A stretch of 64,000 bases of DNA from Granulicella sp. (GCA_027339965.1 DAHWNL010000012.1:1-64000), one strand, 5' to 3'. Counted from the first letter of the stretch, positions 30,530 to 41,039 are shown. The notes: a model not told the origin generated them from the letters alone. Program-made: numbers and translations.

Positions 30530-31645
30530 ATGACCAAGCGCGCAACCGCCTCCGCCTTCCTCGGCGCGGCGGGATTCATCGCCATGCTGTTGCTGACGGG
30601 ATGCGACAGCAAGGAGCAGAAGGCGCTCCGTTTGGCCAAGGCGCGAGCCATCGCCAGCAACGTTCCTCAGCAGGTCCAATACATCAACGACAAGGGCGAC
30701 ACCGTCACCGAGACCGTGGAGCCACCTGTGCTCAATGGCCAGCAACCCACCGTCACCACCGTCATCTTGCCACCCCCGCCCGGGACCCGGCCGCACAGCA
30801 CTAACCCGGTCATTACGGCGCTTTCCTCCGCCGCGCCAATGGCTCCGCCGCCGCGCTATGGCCCTCCTCCGCAATACAACTCCGCCCCACAAGGCACATT
30901 CTCCCCGCAAGGCGACGCTGCTCCGCAGTATGGCTCCAGTCCCCGCTACAACTCCGGTCCCCGGTTCAACCCTGATCCCCGGCTTAGCCCTGGTCCTCGG
31001 TACAGCGCTGGTCCGCAGTACAACTCCAACGCCGGAGCGCCTGCGCAACCCGGACCTGGATCCTATCCCCCCAGCGGACCGGCAGGCCCTCCGCCGATTG
31101 GGACGCCACCCCCCGAATCCGCTCCTCCCGTCTCCGTGCGTATCCCCGCGGGCACGGACCTGACCATCCGCATCGATCAGCATCTTAGCAGCCGGGGCAG
31201 TCATGCCGGAGAGCGCTTTGACGGAAATCTCTACACCCCGGTCCTTTACGACGGCGAGATAATCATCCCGGCCGGCACCCCGGTGTGGGGCCGGGTGATG
31301 GAGGCGCATCACGGCGGTCACTTTCGCGGCCGATCTGTGCTGGATATCCGCCTGACCGCCATGCAACTGAACGGCTATGTGTATCCGCTGCCGACTCGTG
31401 ACGACGTCTTCTCCGTGCGCGGAAAGGGACGCCGCTCGGCAGGCATCATCGGCGGCATGACCGGCGCCGGGATGCTCCTCGGCGGACTGGCCACCGGCGG
31501 GGTCGGTCTGGCCATTGGAGCGGCGGCAGGAGCAGGCTCCGGTACGGCCATCGCCGCCGCCACCGGCAATCACAACGTCGAGATCCCCGCCGAGGCCATC
31601 GTCCGCTTCCGGCTCGCCGACTCGCTAACGTTGCGTACCCCCTGA
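30530..31645 (+). CDS. Pro-rich lipoprotein with C-terminal beta domain and glycine zipper
   Basis: SD AGGAG; lipobox LLTGC; P[QR]Y[GN]S repeats; IPAGTDLTIRIDQHLSS...IPAGTPVWGRV; GAAAGAGSG zipper. Confidence 0.8.
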   Translation: MTKRATASAFLGAAGFIAMLLLTGCDSKEQKALRLAKARAIASNVPQQVQYINDKGDTVTETVEPPVLNGQQPTVTTVILPPPPGTRPHSTNPVITALSSAAPMAPPPRYGPPPQYNSAPQGTFSPQGDAAPQYGSSPRYNSGPRFNPDPRLSPGPRYSAGPQYNSNAGAPAQPGPGSYPPSGPAGPPPIGTPPPESAPPVSVRIPAGTDLTIRIDQHLSSRGSHAGERFDGNLYTPVLYDGEIIIPAGTPVWGRVMEAHHGGHFRGRSVLDIRLTAMQLNGYVYPLPTRDDVFSVRGKGRRSAGIIGGMTGAGMLLGGLATGGVGLAIGAAAGAGSGTAIAAATGNHNVEIPAEAIVRFRLADSLTLRTP

Positions 31646-31960
31646 TCGGCCCCCTGATCGGCAAGCTTCTCTGCTTGCGAACCTGCGGAAACTTTCCAGG
31701 AATCGGCCCTCCACTCCCATCTCGTCGGCCTCTCGCCTGCGGAAAGCCGACCCCTTACAGAGAGATTCCACCTGAGATGCAAACTGAGGACACTCTGGCC
31801 ACCAGCTACACTGGAGGGGAATCGGATTGCATCGGGGACTCGCAATGCGTCTTCACGTTGACTCTTCGAGCTGGTCGCCGATCATCATCCGTGCCCCTGT
31901 CGTCCCGTCTGGCAAGCCGCGTGCCATTTGTAACTTCAGAGCCTTTGTTTTTACCTCCTC

Positions 31961-33082
31961 ATGATGAAATCCATCTCCGCCCTGTTATTGCTTGCCACGA
32001 TCGCCGCGCCGGCCCAGACGCAAGCGCCCTCCCCAACCCTTCCCCCCACAGCGATCTTGACCGTGAGCTCCAATCTGGTGGTTGTTCCGGCGCTGGTCCG
32101 CGCCAAGAACGGCCAACTGGTGTACACGCTCAAGGCCAGTGACTTTGTTCTTACCGATGATGGCGTAGCGCAGAAGATTCACCTGGAGCAGGACACGGGC
32201 TCTCAGCCCATGGCCATGGTCATCGTGGTGCAGACCGGCGGTGACGCAGCCGTTCACCTGGACCAGTACCAGCATCTTGGCCCGCTGCTGGAAAACATGC
32301 TGGGATCGATCCACCATCGCGTCGCGGTGGTTGGCTTTGACAGCACGCCCATTCTCCTGCACGGTTTTACCTCCAACCTGGACTACATCAACCACTCGCT
32401 GGACACGCTGTTCCCCGGCGATCCCCACGCCGCCGTCTTCGACGCGATCGTCTACGCCGTCAAACTGCTCGCCCAGCAGCCGACCACCTATCGCCGTTCT
32501 ATCCTTCTGCTCTCGCAGACCACCGACGACGGGAGCCAGACCTCGCTGCTGGATGCGCTGCACGCCATCAGCGACACCAACACCGTGATCTACAGCGTGG
32601 GCTTCCATACCACCGCCACAGAGAGCCGAAAAGAGGCTGAGAAGTTTGGCTCCGATGAGCCTGGACCGCAGCACGGCTGCTTCAGCCGGGATATGGGCAA
32701 GGATGCGAACGGCAAGCCCATCCCGCCCACGGAAAGCGCCGCGGCACAGGACGTGAACTGCGTTGAGGAGCTTCTGCCGCCGCTCCGTCTGGCGCATATC
32801 GCTGAGATCGCTGCCCGCCGCGCCCTGCACCGGAACATCTCCGCGTCGGTCGCCCATCTGACCGGTGGCGAGTACTTCAAGTTCAAGAACGCCAAGACCC
32901 TCGACCAGGATCTGCTGACCATCGCCAACCATATTCCCAACCGCTACGTGCTCACCTTCCAGCCCAGCGCGCCTACACCGGGCTTTCACAGCATCGTGCT
33001 GTCAGTGGATTACAAGGATCTCTCCGTCGATGCCCGCAACGGTTACTGGGTAAACCCGGACCAGGGCGCCGCCACGCCCTGA
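31961..33082 (+). CDS. VWFA-related (Acidobacterial-type) exported protein
   Basis: Signal peptide; LVVVPALV..LKASDFVLTDDGVAQKI; LTGGEYF; YVLTFQP..GFHSI..ARNGYW. Confidence 0.85.
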   Translation: MMKSISALLLLATIAAPAQTQAPSPTLPPTAILTVSSNLVVVPALVRAKNGQLVYTLKASDFVLTDDGVAQKIHLEQDTGSQPMAMVIVVQTGGDAAVHLDQYQHLGPLLENMLGSIHHRVAVVGFDSTPILLHGFTSNLDYINHSLDTLFPGDPHAAVFDAIVYAVKLLAQQPTTYRRSILLLSQTTDDGSQTSLLDALHAISDTNTVIYSVGFHTTATESRKEAEKFGSDEPGPQHGCFSRDMGKDANGKPIPPTESAAAQDVNCVEELLPPLRLAHIAEIAARRALHRNISASVAHLTGGEYFKFKNAKTLDQDLLTIANHIPNRYVLTFQPSAPTPGFHSIVLSVDYKDLSVDARNGYWVNPDQGAATP

Positions 33083-33129
33083 AGTTTTGAAAGGGCGCGC
33101 GGAGCAAACTCGCAAGGCGCCACCACGCT

Positions 33130-33507
33130 TCAGCGGCCACGAAATTGGTGAATCAAGCGCCGATCGCGTTTGGAAGGTCGCGAGGGCGGCGCCGGCTCCC
33201 TGGCATGGAGAAGCTTGCGCTCCGCAGCCGCCCTGTCTCGCGCCTGGCGGCTCTCTTCGGTCTCACTGTAGAGCGTCTGCGCCACTGCCGCCGGTCCGCG
33301 CACCTGGCTGAGCGCCAGGATGTCGATGGTGAACTCTCCGCCCTCGTTGCGCACCTGCAGGCGATCTCCGACGCGCACCTCGCGCGCAGCCTTGACCGGC
33401 GCGGCGTTCAACTGCACCCGTCCCAGTTCACAGGCTTTGGACGCCAGAGCGCGGCTCTTATAGAACCTTGCCGCCCACAACCATTTGTCGAGCCGTACGC
33501 CGTTCAA
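33130..33507 (-). CDS. hslR: S4-domain RNA-binding protein (Hsp15-like)
   Basis: VRLDKWLWAARFYKSRALA; RPSKRDRR; TTG start overlapping the miaA stop. Confidence 0.9.
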   Translation of the reverse strand: MNGVRLDKWLWAARFYKSRALASKACELGRVQLNAAPVKAAREVRVGDRLQVRNEGGEFTIDILALSQVRGPAAVAQTLYSETEESRQARDRAAAERKLLHAREPAPPSRPSKRDRRLIHQFRGR

Positions 33508-34511
33508 AGTCTCTCTCCTGTCCCGCTCCGGCCCGGACTCTTACCGGTTCGCCCGGGAGGCAAGCTGCGCGCCAAGGCAAGCGCCTCCTCCTGCACCTGC
33601 TTCTCGTCGCCAAAGCCTGCCAGCCATTGCATCTCCGTGGTGCGGCGAAACCAGGTTCCCTGGCGCTTGGCATAGTTGCGGTGCCCCTGCTGGGCCTTTA
33701 CCACCGCCGCATCCAGGGTAAGCTCCCCGCGCAGCACCGCCATCGCCTGGGCATAGCCCAGCGCCCTCAGACTCCGGCAACCATCCCCGTAGCGCTCGCG
33801 CAGCGCCTCTGTCTCCTGCAGCAGGCCGCGGGCAAACATCGCCTCTGCGCGGGCGTCAATCCGGGCATATAACCGCTGGCGAATCTCCGCGGAGTGCAGC
33901 GGAGCCAGTCCAATCTGCAGCACGCGATAGCCCCGCAGCGGATCGCGTCCCACCTTCCACTGCTCGGTCTGCGGATGACGCGCAGACAGTGTCACCTCGA
34001 TGCTGCGAATCAGCTTGGGCACATCGTGAGCATGGATGAGTGCAGCGGCGTGCGGATCAAGCCGCTGCAGCAGGCGGTGCAGCCACGTTGATCCCCTCCA
34101 TTCCGCCCGCCCCCGCAGACGCTCACGCAGCGCTTCGTCACGCCGAGGAGCCGGAGCCAGCCCCTCCAGCAGCGCACGCAGGTAAAGTCCTGTTCCACCG
34201 GTGACGATCGGCATCCGGCCACGGTCTCGAATCCCGGCCAACGCCTCCCGGGCATGGCGAGCGTAGTCCCCCGCCGTACACACCTCGTCCGGCCAATACA
34301 GATCGATGCCATGATGTGCAATCCGCCGCCGTTCCTCGGCCGTAGGCTTGGCGCTGCCGATCTCCAGCCGGCGATAGACGGCCACGGAGTCGCAACTGAC
34401 GATCTCGCCGTCCAACTCCTCGGCCAGCCGCAGCGCCAAAGCGGTCTTTCCGCTGGCCGTAGGCCCGGCAACCACCAGCAGCGGATACAGGCTCTCCTCC
34501 AGCCCCGTCAC
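33504..34511 (-). CDS. miaA: tRNA dimethylallyltransferase
   Basis: GPTASGKT, SCDSVAVYR..IGSAKP, GGTGLY, ALGY, RNYAKRQGTWFR. Confidence 0.97.
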   Translation of the reverse strand: MTGLEESLYPLLVVAGPTASGKTALALRLAEELDGEIVSCDSVAVYRRLEIGSAKPTAEERRRIAHHGIDLYWPDEVCTAGDYARHAREALAGIRDRGRMPIVTGGTGLYLRALLEGLAPAPRRDEALRERLRGRAEWRGSTWLHRLLQRLDPHAAALIHAHDVPKLIRSIEVTLSARHPQTEQWKVGRDPLRGYRVLQIGLAPLHSAEIRQRLYARIDARAEAMFARGLLQETEALRERYGDGCRSLRALGYAQAMAVLRGELTLDAAVVKAQQGHRNYAKRQGTWFRRTTEMQWLAGFGDEKQVQEEALALARSLPPGRTGKSPGRSGTGERL

Positions 34512-34592
34512 TCAAACCTCCACCTGCCGCCACGCGCCCCCTTGGAGCGGTTCGCCTGCGCCGCCAGCCGCGGTTTTGAATCCCGCGCGTCC

Positions 34593-34832
34593 CTACGGCC
34601 GCCACCAGCCATGGACAAAGACTCGATCCAGTCCCGAGCGGACGATGCTGATCGAGAGCGCCAGCAGAGCCATCAGCAAAAGGCCGCGCACGACACTGCG
34701 GCGCTCGATCTGCTCCCGCTCCCCGCAGTAGACCTCATGCGCTTGCCGCTGACGCTTCATCGCCGGCGTAGGCTGAGGGAGCCTGGGCGTCGCTGCGCGA
34801 TGCTGGATCTGTCGCCAGGAATGGGCTTGCAT
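34593..34832 (-). CDS. Small membrane protein (start uncertain)
   Basis: ERRSVVRGLLLMALLALSISIVRSGLDRVFVHGWWRP single TM helix; co-oriented with its neighbours. Confidence 0.55.
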   Translation of the reverse strand: MQAHSWRQIQHRAATPRLPQPTPAMKRQRQAHEVYCGEREQIERRSVVRGLLLMALLALSISIVRSGLDRVFVHGWWRP

Positions 34833-34989
34833 GGGTAGATTTGCCTGCCCCCCCAAGCGCCTTCGCAAGGGCTCTTTTGAAGCCTCGCTTCCCATCACGC
34901 CGTCTCCGCTCCGCAGCCTCCAGCCGCTGAGAGCTCTGCACAGAACTCGCCGAACCGACGACCAGAGAGGAACCGTCTGGGCCGGCGGA

Positions 34990-36132
34990 TCACTGTGTTC
35001 CCTCATTGACCAGGAAGTGAATCCGAAGTTCAAGATTCGGCCCATGGAACTGCCGCGGCAAAGGCGGGAACTGTCCCACTCCCGTAATCGAACCCCAAGC
35101 CGCGCGATTCAATGCATCATCGTGGCTCGAACCATCCAGATGCATCGCCGCAATCGTTCCATCCGGATTGATCGTGAAGCGGATCATCGTCATGCCACTC
35201 TTGTTCAAGGGCGGCTGCGTCTCTTCCGGCAGCAGCGGGATCCACTGCTCGTAGATCTCTTGAAGAATGCGCTGAATGTAAGGGTTGAAGTTCACTCCCT
35301 GGGTATCAGAGAGGATCTCCACGCCGCTCCCGGTCTGCGCTCCCCTAACGTTGCCGCTAATGCCCTGATTGCGATTCTGATTTGCACTCTGCGATCCCTG
35401 CATCGCCTGTTGCATCTGGTCTCGAGGCGTCTGCGGAATCAGGAAGCTCGGCCGTAGCGGCTGGGGAGTGGGAGCATTGGGCACCGGCTGGTTGGAGCGC
35501 TCTACTGGCTTGGGAGCCGAGGGCAGCGGCATCACCGGCTTCGATACCGGAGGAGCCGGGCGCATCGCTGCGGGCGGGGTTGGCTGTGGCGGAGCCGTGG
35601 CCTCCTTCTCCGGCGGAACCGGCGCCACGGGAGCCGGCGTTGCCGGCTTCGGCGCCGGCTTGGGCTCCATCGCCCGCAATCTGGCGATATCTCCGCGGCT
35701 GATCTTGGGTGGGGGACCAGGCGCGCGGTGCGGCAGGCGCGGCGCGTTCAACTCCACCTGCGCCTGTTGCTGCAGAGCTTCGGTAGGGGTAATCAGCTTG
35801 GGAGCGTGCCACAGATACTTGGGCCCATAGAACAGCACCCACGCGATCGCCAGCCAGATGAATAGGGAGATGTAGATCGACTCCCGGAATCGCGCCCGAT
35901 CACGCTCGTCCTCGATGCTGTCCAGCAGGTGAATCAGTTCGTGCTCTTCCAGTTCGCCGTAGCGGCTGGTGCGGACGCGCACCGGCGCGCTCACACTGCC
36001 CGCTGCCTCGTGGGGCACAACGGAGACAGCAGCGCCCCTTCCCAGAGGCACTTCCGGCTGGCCCTCCTGCGGTTTCTTCTGCGGCTGCGGGCTCGGCTGC
36101 TCTGGTTCGATCTGCGGGGGAGTGGTCGGCAT
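34990..36132 (-). CDS. TonB/TolA-family energy transducer
   Basis: Single TM, long Pro-rich linker, C-terminal IRFTINPDG..SSHDDALNRAAWGSI..FPPLP. Confidence 0.88.
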   Translation of the reverse strand: MPTTPPQIEPEQPSPQPQKKPQEGQPEVPLGRGAAVSVVPHEAAGSVSAPVRVRTSRYGELEEHELIHLLDSIEDERDRARFRESIYISLFIWLAIAWVLFYGPKYLWHAPKLITPTEALQQQAQVELNAPRLPHRAPGPPPKISRGDIARLRAMEPKPAPKPATPAPVAPVPPEKEATAPPQPTPPAAMRPAPPVSKPVMPLPSAPKPVERSNQPVPNAPTPQPLRPSFLIPQTPRDQMQQAMQGSQSANQNRNQGISGNVRGAQTGSGVEILSDTQGVNFNPYIQRILQEIYEQWIPLLPEETQPPLNKSGMTMIRFTINPDGTIAAMHLDGSSHDDALNRAAWGSITGVGQFPPLPRQFHGPNLELRIHFLVNEGTQ

Positions 36133-36349
36133 CGGATCTTGGTCAGTAACGAAAGTGCCCCCATCAAGATTGCACCGTCAGGGGCGGATCGCCGGACGGA
36201 AAATGGATGCTGGTCTCCTTAGTTTCTCATCTTTGCTCGATTCTGCCCATCTGAAATCAGCGGAGGCAGCAGGCGCCGCTGCCAGCCATCTCACCCCTCC
36301 ATGCTCGTTCCCGTCGCTCCTCCGCGCTTCCTTCTTCTATCTTAGAAGC

Positions 36350-36916
36350 ATGCCCCTCGCCACCCCTCTTGCCGGCCGAACCGCCGTGGTTCTCACGGTC
36401 AGCGACCGTTGCTTTGCCGGCGCCCGGACAGACCTCTCCGGTCCGGCCGTCGCGGAGATCCTCACTACATCCGGAGCCCGGCTGGTGGACACGCTCACCC
36501 TCCCCGACGAGCTTCCCCAACTCGTCGCCGCCCTTCGTCAGGCCGCCACCCGCGCCGCGCTGGTGCTCACCACCGGCGGCACCGGGTTGGGCCCGCGTGA
36601 CGTCACCCCGGAGGCCACCCTGGCCGTCTGTACCCGGCTGGTCCCCGGACTGGCCGAACTCATCCGCCAGCAGGGAGCACTCCGCACCCCCTACGCCGCC
36701 CTCAGCCGCGGCGTCTGCGGCATCGTCGATTCGCTGCCGGAAACCCCGGCTCCGGCAGCTCAGACGCGCGGCGCTCTGGTGCTTAACCTTCCCGGCAGTC
36801 CCGCAGGAGCCCGAGACTCACTGCGCGCGGTCCTTCCGCTCCTGCCGCATGCCTTGGATCTCGTCGCCGGACAGACGGAACATCCGGCCGAAGGCTCTCC
36901 CCTCGCGTCCGAGTAG
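36350..36916 (+). CDS. MogA/MoaB family molybdenum cofactor biosynthesis protein
   Basis: VLTVSDR, DLSGP, LTTGGTGLGPRDVTPEAT, LSRGVCG, NLPGSP. Confidence 0.93.
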   Translation: MPLATPLAGRTAVVLTVSDRCFAGARTDLSGPAVAEILTTSGARLVDTLTLPDELPQLVAALRQAATRAALVLTTGGTGLGPRDVTPEATLAVCTRLVPGLAELIRQQGALRTPYAALSRGVCGIVDSLPETPAPAAQTRGALVLNLPGSPAGARDSLRAVLPLLPHALDLVAGQTEHPAEGSPLASE

Positions 36917-37239
36917 CCGCAGAAGCGGCCCAAACCGCCCCAAGGCGCTGCTCCCGATCCTAGAGTCCCCTGGAAGACGCCCTGCACGGCCTGTGGCTGC
37001 GCTCCCCGCGCCGGCTGTGGATCTCGGGTTCAAAGCGATCTCGGATTCAAGGCAATCTCAGCCCCGCCGGACCCGTCTCGCTCCAAACCCGCCACATTTT
37101 CCCCCCGCAGCTTGAGCCCAGCGCATCCGCCCTGGGCAACCGTTGCTACCTCCGATTCGTGATGCTCAGGCGTTTGGCCAAGCCGGCAGACCTTCCATGA
37201 GCGAATATGGTTTGCGGCTGGGCTTAAAATAGAGATTCA

Positions 37240-37911
37240 GTGAAACCTGGACCCATCGCACTTGTGCATAAGCTCTCCACCGTCCTGTTGACCGTCCTGA
37301 AGCCTTTGGGCATCTGGGGTGTCGGTGGTCTGGCGTTGATCGACTCCGCGCTCTTCCCCATTCCGGTCTCCATGGACGGCGTCGTGATTGGGTACGTAGC
37401 CGCCAATCACCGCCTGTTTCTCGCCTACAGTCTGATGGCCGCCGCCGCCTCCACCCTGGGTTCGCTGGCTCCCTTCCTGATCGGCCGCGCCGGTGGAGAG
37501 TTCTTCCTACTGAAACGCATCAACCGCCGGCGCTACGAGAATATCCGGGATCGCTTCGAGCGTCAGGAGTTTCTGGCCATCATGATCCCGGCGATGCTTC
37601 CACCGCCCACCCCGCTCAAGCTCTTCGAGTTCTCCGCCGGAGTCTTTGAGATGCGGCCCGTCCTCTTTCTGCTGGCCATCTTCTGCGGAAAGTTCCTCCA
37701 GTTCCTCGCCTGCTCCCTGTTCACCCTCTGGTTCGGCCCGACGCTGATTCGCTCTCTGCGCGACCTCGGCCGAAACCACCACGACATCGTCGTCGGTATC
37801 GCTGCGGCAGCCGTCGCCGGGCTGATCTTTTACATCGTTCGCAGGGTCTTTGACAGCCGCAAGGGAGTCACCCTGCCCATTGAGGAAGAGGAGACGACTA
37901 CCGAACCCTGA
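37240..37911 (+). CDS. DedA/VTT (YqaA-like) membrane protein
   Basis: ALIDSALFPIP, ASTLGS..IGRAGG, PPPTPLKLF..AG hydrophobic pattern. Confidence 0.88.
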   Translation: MKPGPIALVHKLSTVLLTVLKPLGIWGVGGLALIDSALFPIPVSMDGVVIGYVAANHRLFLAYSLMAAAASTLGSLAPFLIGRAGGEFFLLKRINRRRYENIRDRFERQEFLAIMIPAMLPPPTPLKLFEFSAGVFEMRPVLFLLAIFCGKFLQFLACSLFTLWFGPTLIRSLRDLGRNHHDIVVGIAAAAVAGLIFYIVRRVFDSRKGVTLPIEEEETTTEP

Positions 37912-37941
37912 AGACGTGTCGGGGGCTCTGGCCGGGCTGAC

Positions 37942-38493
37942 TTACGCCACGGGCTGCTGCGCCGCATGCATCATCTCCGCCAGCCGAGCAACCAGGACCG
38001 GAAGCCCAAAGAAGACGGCGGCGAACAGGCCCGTGGACAGCAGGTCATTCCCATAGAATGGCAGCGCAGCGGCGTAGCACGCCACCAGGCCGCTCAGCGT
38101 AGGCGGATACATCACCAGGTCCCCTCTGCCCGCCCAGACCATGAAGTTACTCAGCAGGAAGAAGCTGGTGGCGGAGGCCAAAACCCCGCAGGAGACGCGC
38201 AGCACCGTTGTCTTGCGCAACAGCGCACTGCCCAGAAGACAGACCGCCCCGTACCATGCCCAGGTGGCCAGGTACGCACTCACATGGAACGGATACCCAT
38301 AAATCCTGGTGGTGAGAATCACATCCATCAACCCCATCACCGCCACGGCAAGCACCGCCTGCCGGCGCGCCATACGAGAACCGAAGAACAGCAGCCCTGC
38401 GCCCACTGCCGTAAAGTTGAAGGGCAGGCTATGGAAGAAGTGGGGCAGAAGGCGGCTGAGCGCGGCGAGCACGAGAGTGAGAGTGGCGACCAT
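37942..38493 (-). CDS. DUF6580-like putative transporter component (membrane protein)
   Basis: SRLLPH..NFTAVGAGLLFFG, FFLLSNFMVW, MYPPTLSGLVACYAAALPF. Confidence 0.8.
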   Translation of the reverse strand: MVATLTLVLAALSRLLPHFFHSLPFNFTAVGAGLLFFGSRMARRQAVLAVAVMGLMDVILTTRIYGYPFHVSAYLATWAWYGAVCLLGSALLRKTTVLRVSCGVLASATSFFLLSNFMVWAGRGDLVMYPPTLSGLVACYAAALPFYGNDLLSTGLFAAVFFGLPVLVARLAEMMHAAQQPVA

Positions 38494-38703
38494 GGTCAAC
38501 AGGCCTTCGCGGTTGGAGTCGGCGGCGACGCTGCCGCGCCTCTTATTGTAGCCTGAACTTGCAGCCTGAGCGCTCGGCGCCCCGCCTGCGGCCAGCGCCC
38601 TCCAGGCTGAGCGAATCATGCTCCAAACCCGACTCGCGCGAAATGCCAGCGCCGCCGGGCTCTTACCCATCCCCCACCATCCGCCAAGCCGGCCGCCGGC
38701 GCC

Positions 38704-39945
38704 CTACCTCTCTGGCCGGCCGTCCAGGCTCTCCCTGAGCACATGATTGCCGGCGTCCAGCTCAACCACGCCCATCAACGGCGTCCGCTGCGCCTCAATC
38801 CCATCGCTGCCTGAGCCTACGCCGGAGATTCCAGAGTTGCCGAAGCCGGCGCCCATGAAGCGTGGATCACGAAAGGTGACCTCGGCGGCCACCGCATCCG
38901 CGCCACGCAGCTTCGCCGAGCCTGAGCCGGCGCTCAGCGATCCGACGTTCGGCCGGATCACCTGCACAAACGGCATCGGCGACCAGTCCATGTAGACCCT
39001 TCCCAACTTGCTCGCCTCCGCGGCCCGCACCGCGGGGCTCCCTCCCGGCTTCGCGTAGGAGGTTTCGCTCATCCGAATCGTACCGTTCAGCGTCTGGATC
39101 TCCGCCAGCTTGTACACCGGCCCAAAGTCCAGCACCGCCGACCAGCGGAAGGGGTTCACCATGGCCGGACTGACCAACGCCTGCTGCACTGGCAGCCAGA
39201 TCGGAACCGGTTGCCCCAGTGGAGATAGCCCCTCCGACGGTTCCTCGATGCTCTGCCTCATCGCCAACTGCATCGCCCGCCCATGCTCCACCGCGCGCAA
39301 CCCCCACCACGCGGCAACACCCACCAGGGCCGCAATCGCCCATCCGCGCCCTGGGAACGGCCGCCGCTTCACCCCCACCTCCGAACTCACCAGGCCAAAC
39401 AGCCAGGGAGCGACCAGAGCTGCCAGCAGCAGCGTAAAGATCACGGGATCGAAGATAAAGACGATCGAACCCGCATACCAGCGATCGTCAATGGGAAAGA
39501 ACGGACGAAGCCCGTAGTTGTTGGTGTAGTCCAGAAGCAGATGGCTCAGCAGCGCCACCAGGGCCAACAGGTACAGCACTCCCCAGCGGACCGGAGCCGC
39601 GGTCAATGGCCTGGCCGGAGCAGCTTCATCCTGCCCAGCCGCGAGTCGCAGAGGAATCGCCTCCGCCTTTGCCCTGGCCGTGGCAGCCGCTCGCCGCAGC
39701 CTCCAGCGATGCAGCCCATAGACCGCTGCAACAATCAGGGCTGCCTCAAAGGGCAGCCCCACAAATGTATGCGTGATCCCGCGATGATGTTGCAAGCTCT
39801 CTATGGGGCCGCGCAGAGCCCACAGCGTATCCACATCAGGAAACTCCGCAGCCACCACCATGGTCAGCGTGGCGTAGCCAGCCAGGCGATTGCATCCACT
39901 GCGTGAGAGACAGGCTCCGGTGAGAAGGTGCGTTACCGGATCCAT
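38704..39945 (-). CDS. Membrane-bound metal-dependent hydrolase (YdjM-like)
   Basis: MDPVTH, PDVD, HRGITH, SHLLLDYTNNYG motifs. Confidence 0.9.
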   Translation of the reverse strand: MDPVTHLLTGACLSRSGCNRLAGYATLTMVVAAEFPDVDTLWALRGPIESLQHHRGITHTFVGLPFEAALIVAAVYGLHRWRLRRAAATARAKAEAIPLRLAAGQDEAAPARPLTAAPVRWGVLYLLALVALLSHLLLDYTNNYGLRPFFPIDDRWYAGSIVFIFDPVIFTLLLAALVAPWLFGLVSSEVGVKRRPFPGRGWAIAALVGVAAWWGLRAVEHGRAMQLAMRQSIEEPSEGLSPLGQPVPIWLPVQQALVSPAMVNPFRWSAVLDFGPVYKLAEIQTLNGTIRMSETSYAKPGGSPAVRAAEASKLGRVYMDWSPMPFVQVIRPNVGSLSAGSGSAKLRGADAVAAEVTFRDPRFMGAGFGNSGISGVGSGSDGIEAQRTPLMGVVELDAGNHVLRESLDGRPER

Positions 39946-39946
39946 C

Positions 39947-40933
39947 TCATCGCAGCGAGCTGCCCGTCAACGCCATGGGAGAAAAGCTCATCGGCCGGCT
40001 TGCAGCCTCAGCCAACTCCGCCTCGCGTTCGGCCTCGATCGCACGCTCCAACTCACGCTCCCGCATGTGCTGGGAACCGGCCGCAATTGCCGCCATCTCT
40101 GCCGGAGCCAGCATACCCGGCTTGAAGCCGGCAATCGCCACAACCCCAGGAGCATCGCCCAGCGCCTCCGAGATGCGGTTCCACAGGAAGTACGGCGAAG
40201 TCGTCGGGAGCAGAACCATCTTTGGTGTCGGCTCTGGGAGAGCAAAGTAGCCACCCCAGACCAACGCAGCGACGCAGTAGCTCGAACAAAAAAACGTGTA
40301 AATGGGGTCATACACTGAATGCACAGCACCCCGAGCAACCCACGCCGACTCGACCAGGCTCGCCGTGGCCCACACTCCGAGTCCCAGAGCGACGCCAAAG
40401 GTGCGGCTTCGATACGTAAGGCCCAGATAGCGGGTGGAGAAGCAGACAAAGAGCAGGAGGCAGAGGACAAGGACACAGACTCCCTGCTGCAACTGACCAA
40501 ATGCCTGAGCCATCCAACTCCCGTTTGAAGCATGGAATCCCATCGTGAAGGCTGCGGAGACAACCACCGAAACCCCTCCCACCCAGCGGAAGACCACCTT
40601 TCCAGCGCGATGCAGCCCCTCCAGCGGCCTCATCGCCTCGCGGAAAACACCATAGATGAGGAACACGAGGAGCGCAAGCTGGACGGCGAGGAGAACCCAC
40701 TCCGAATAAAAGTAGATGTCGTAGGCTTGGTAGACACTGATTCCAAAGAGGTACCGTCGGAAAAAAAGGATGGCGACCGCGACCGCGTCAGCGGCACCAT
40801 TCGCGACGATAAACGCTGCCAGGAAGGGAAACGAGCGCAACAACCGCTGGCGCTTCATCACCAGCAGCACCCCAACCGCCAGGATGAGGTCAGCGAAGAG
40901 GGAGTACTCCAGCAGCAGCTTGGTGGTAGTCAT
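39947..40933 (-). CDS. Hypothetical 7-TM membrane protein with soluble C-terminal tail
   Basis: SD GGAGG; seven hydrophobic segments, then PEPTPKMVLLPTTSPYFLWNRISEALG and a charged helix. Confidence 0.85.
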   Translation of the reverse strand: MTTTKLLLEYSLFADLILAVGVLLVMKRQRLLRSFPFLAAFIVANGAADAVAVAILFFRRYLFGISVYQAYDIYFYSEWVLLAVQLALLVFLIYGVFREAMRPLEGLHRAGKVVFRWVGGVSVVVSAAFTMGFHASNGSWMAQAFGQLQQGVCVLVLCLLLFVCFSTRYLGLTYRSRTFGVALGLGVWATASLVESAWVARGAVHSVYDPIYTFFCSSYCVAALVWGGYFALPEPTPKMVLLPTTSPYFLWNRISEALGDAPGVVAIAGFKPGMLAPAEMAAIAAGSQHMRERELERAIEAEREAELAEAASRPMSFSPMALTGSSLR

Positions 40934-41039
40934 GACGAACGCCTCCAGCGCACGATAGAGATATCGTACACAGGAGGCGCAGCCTTTGCACCAAATTATT
41001 TTCTAACTCCCACCGAAATCTTGCTCGACATTTCCCGTT

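Noticed and set aside
38494..38703. Possible cobalamin riboswitch upstream of the DUF6580-like gene
   Set aside because: No recognisable B12-box elements, and a -10 hexamer sits only ~50 nt from the start codon
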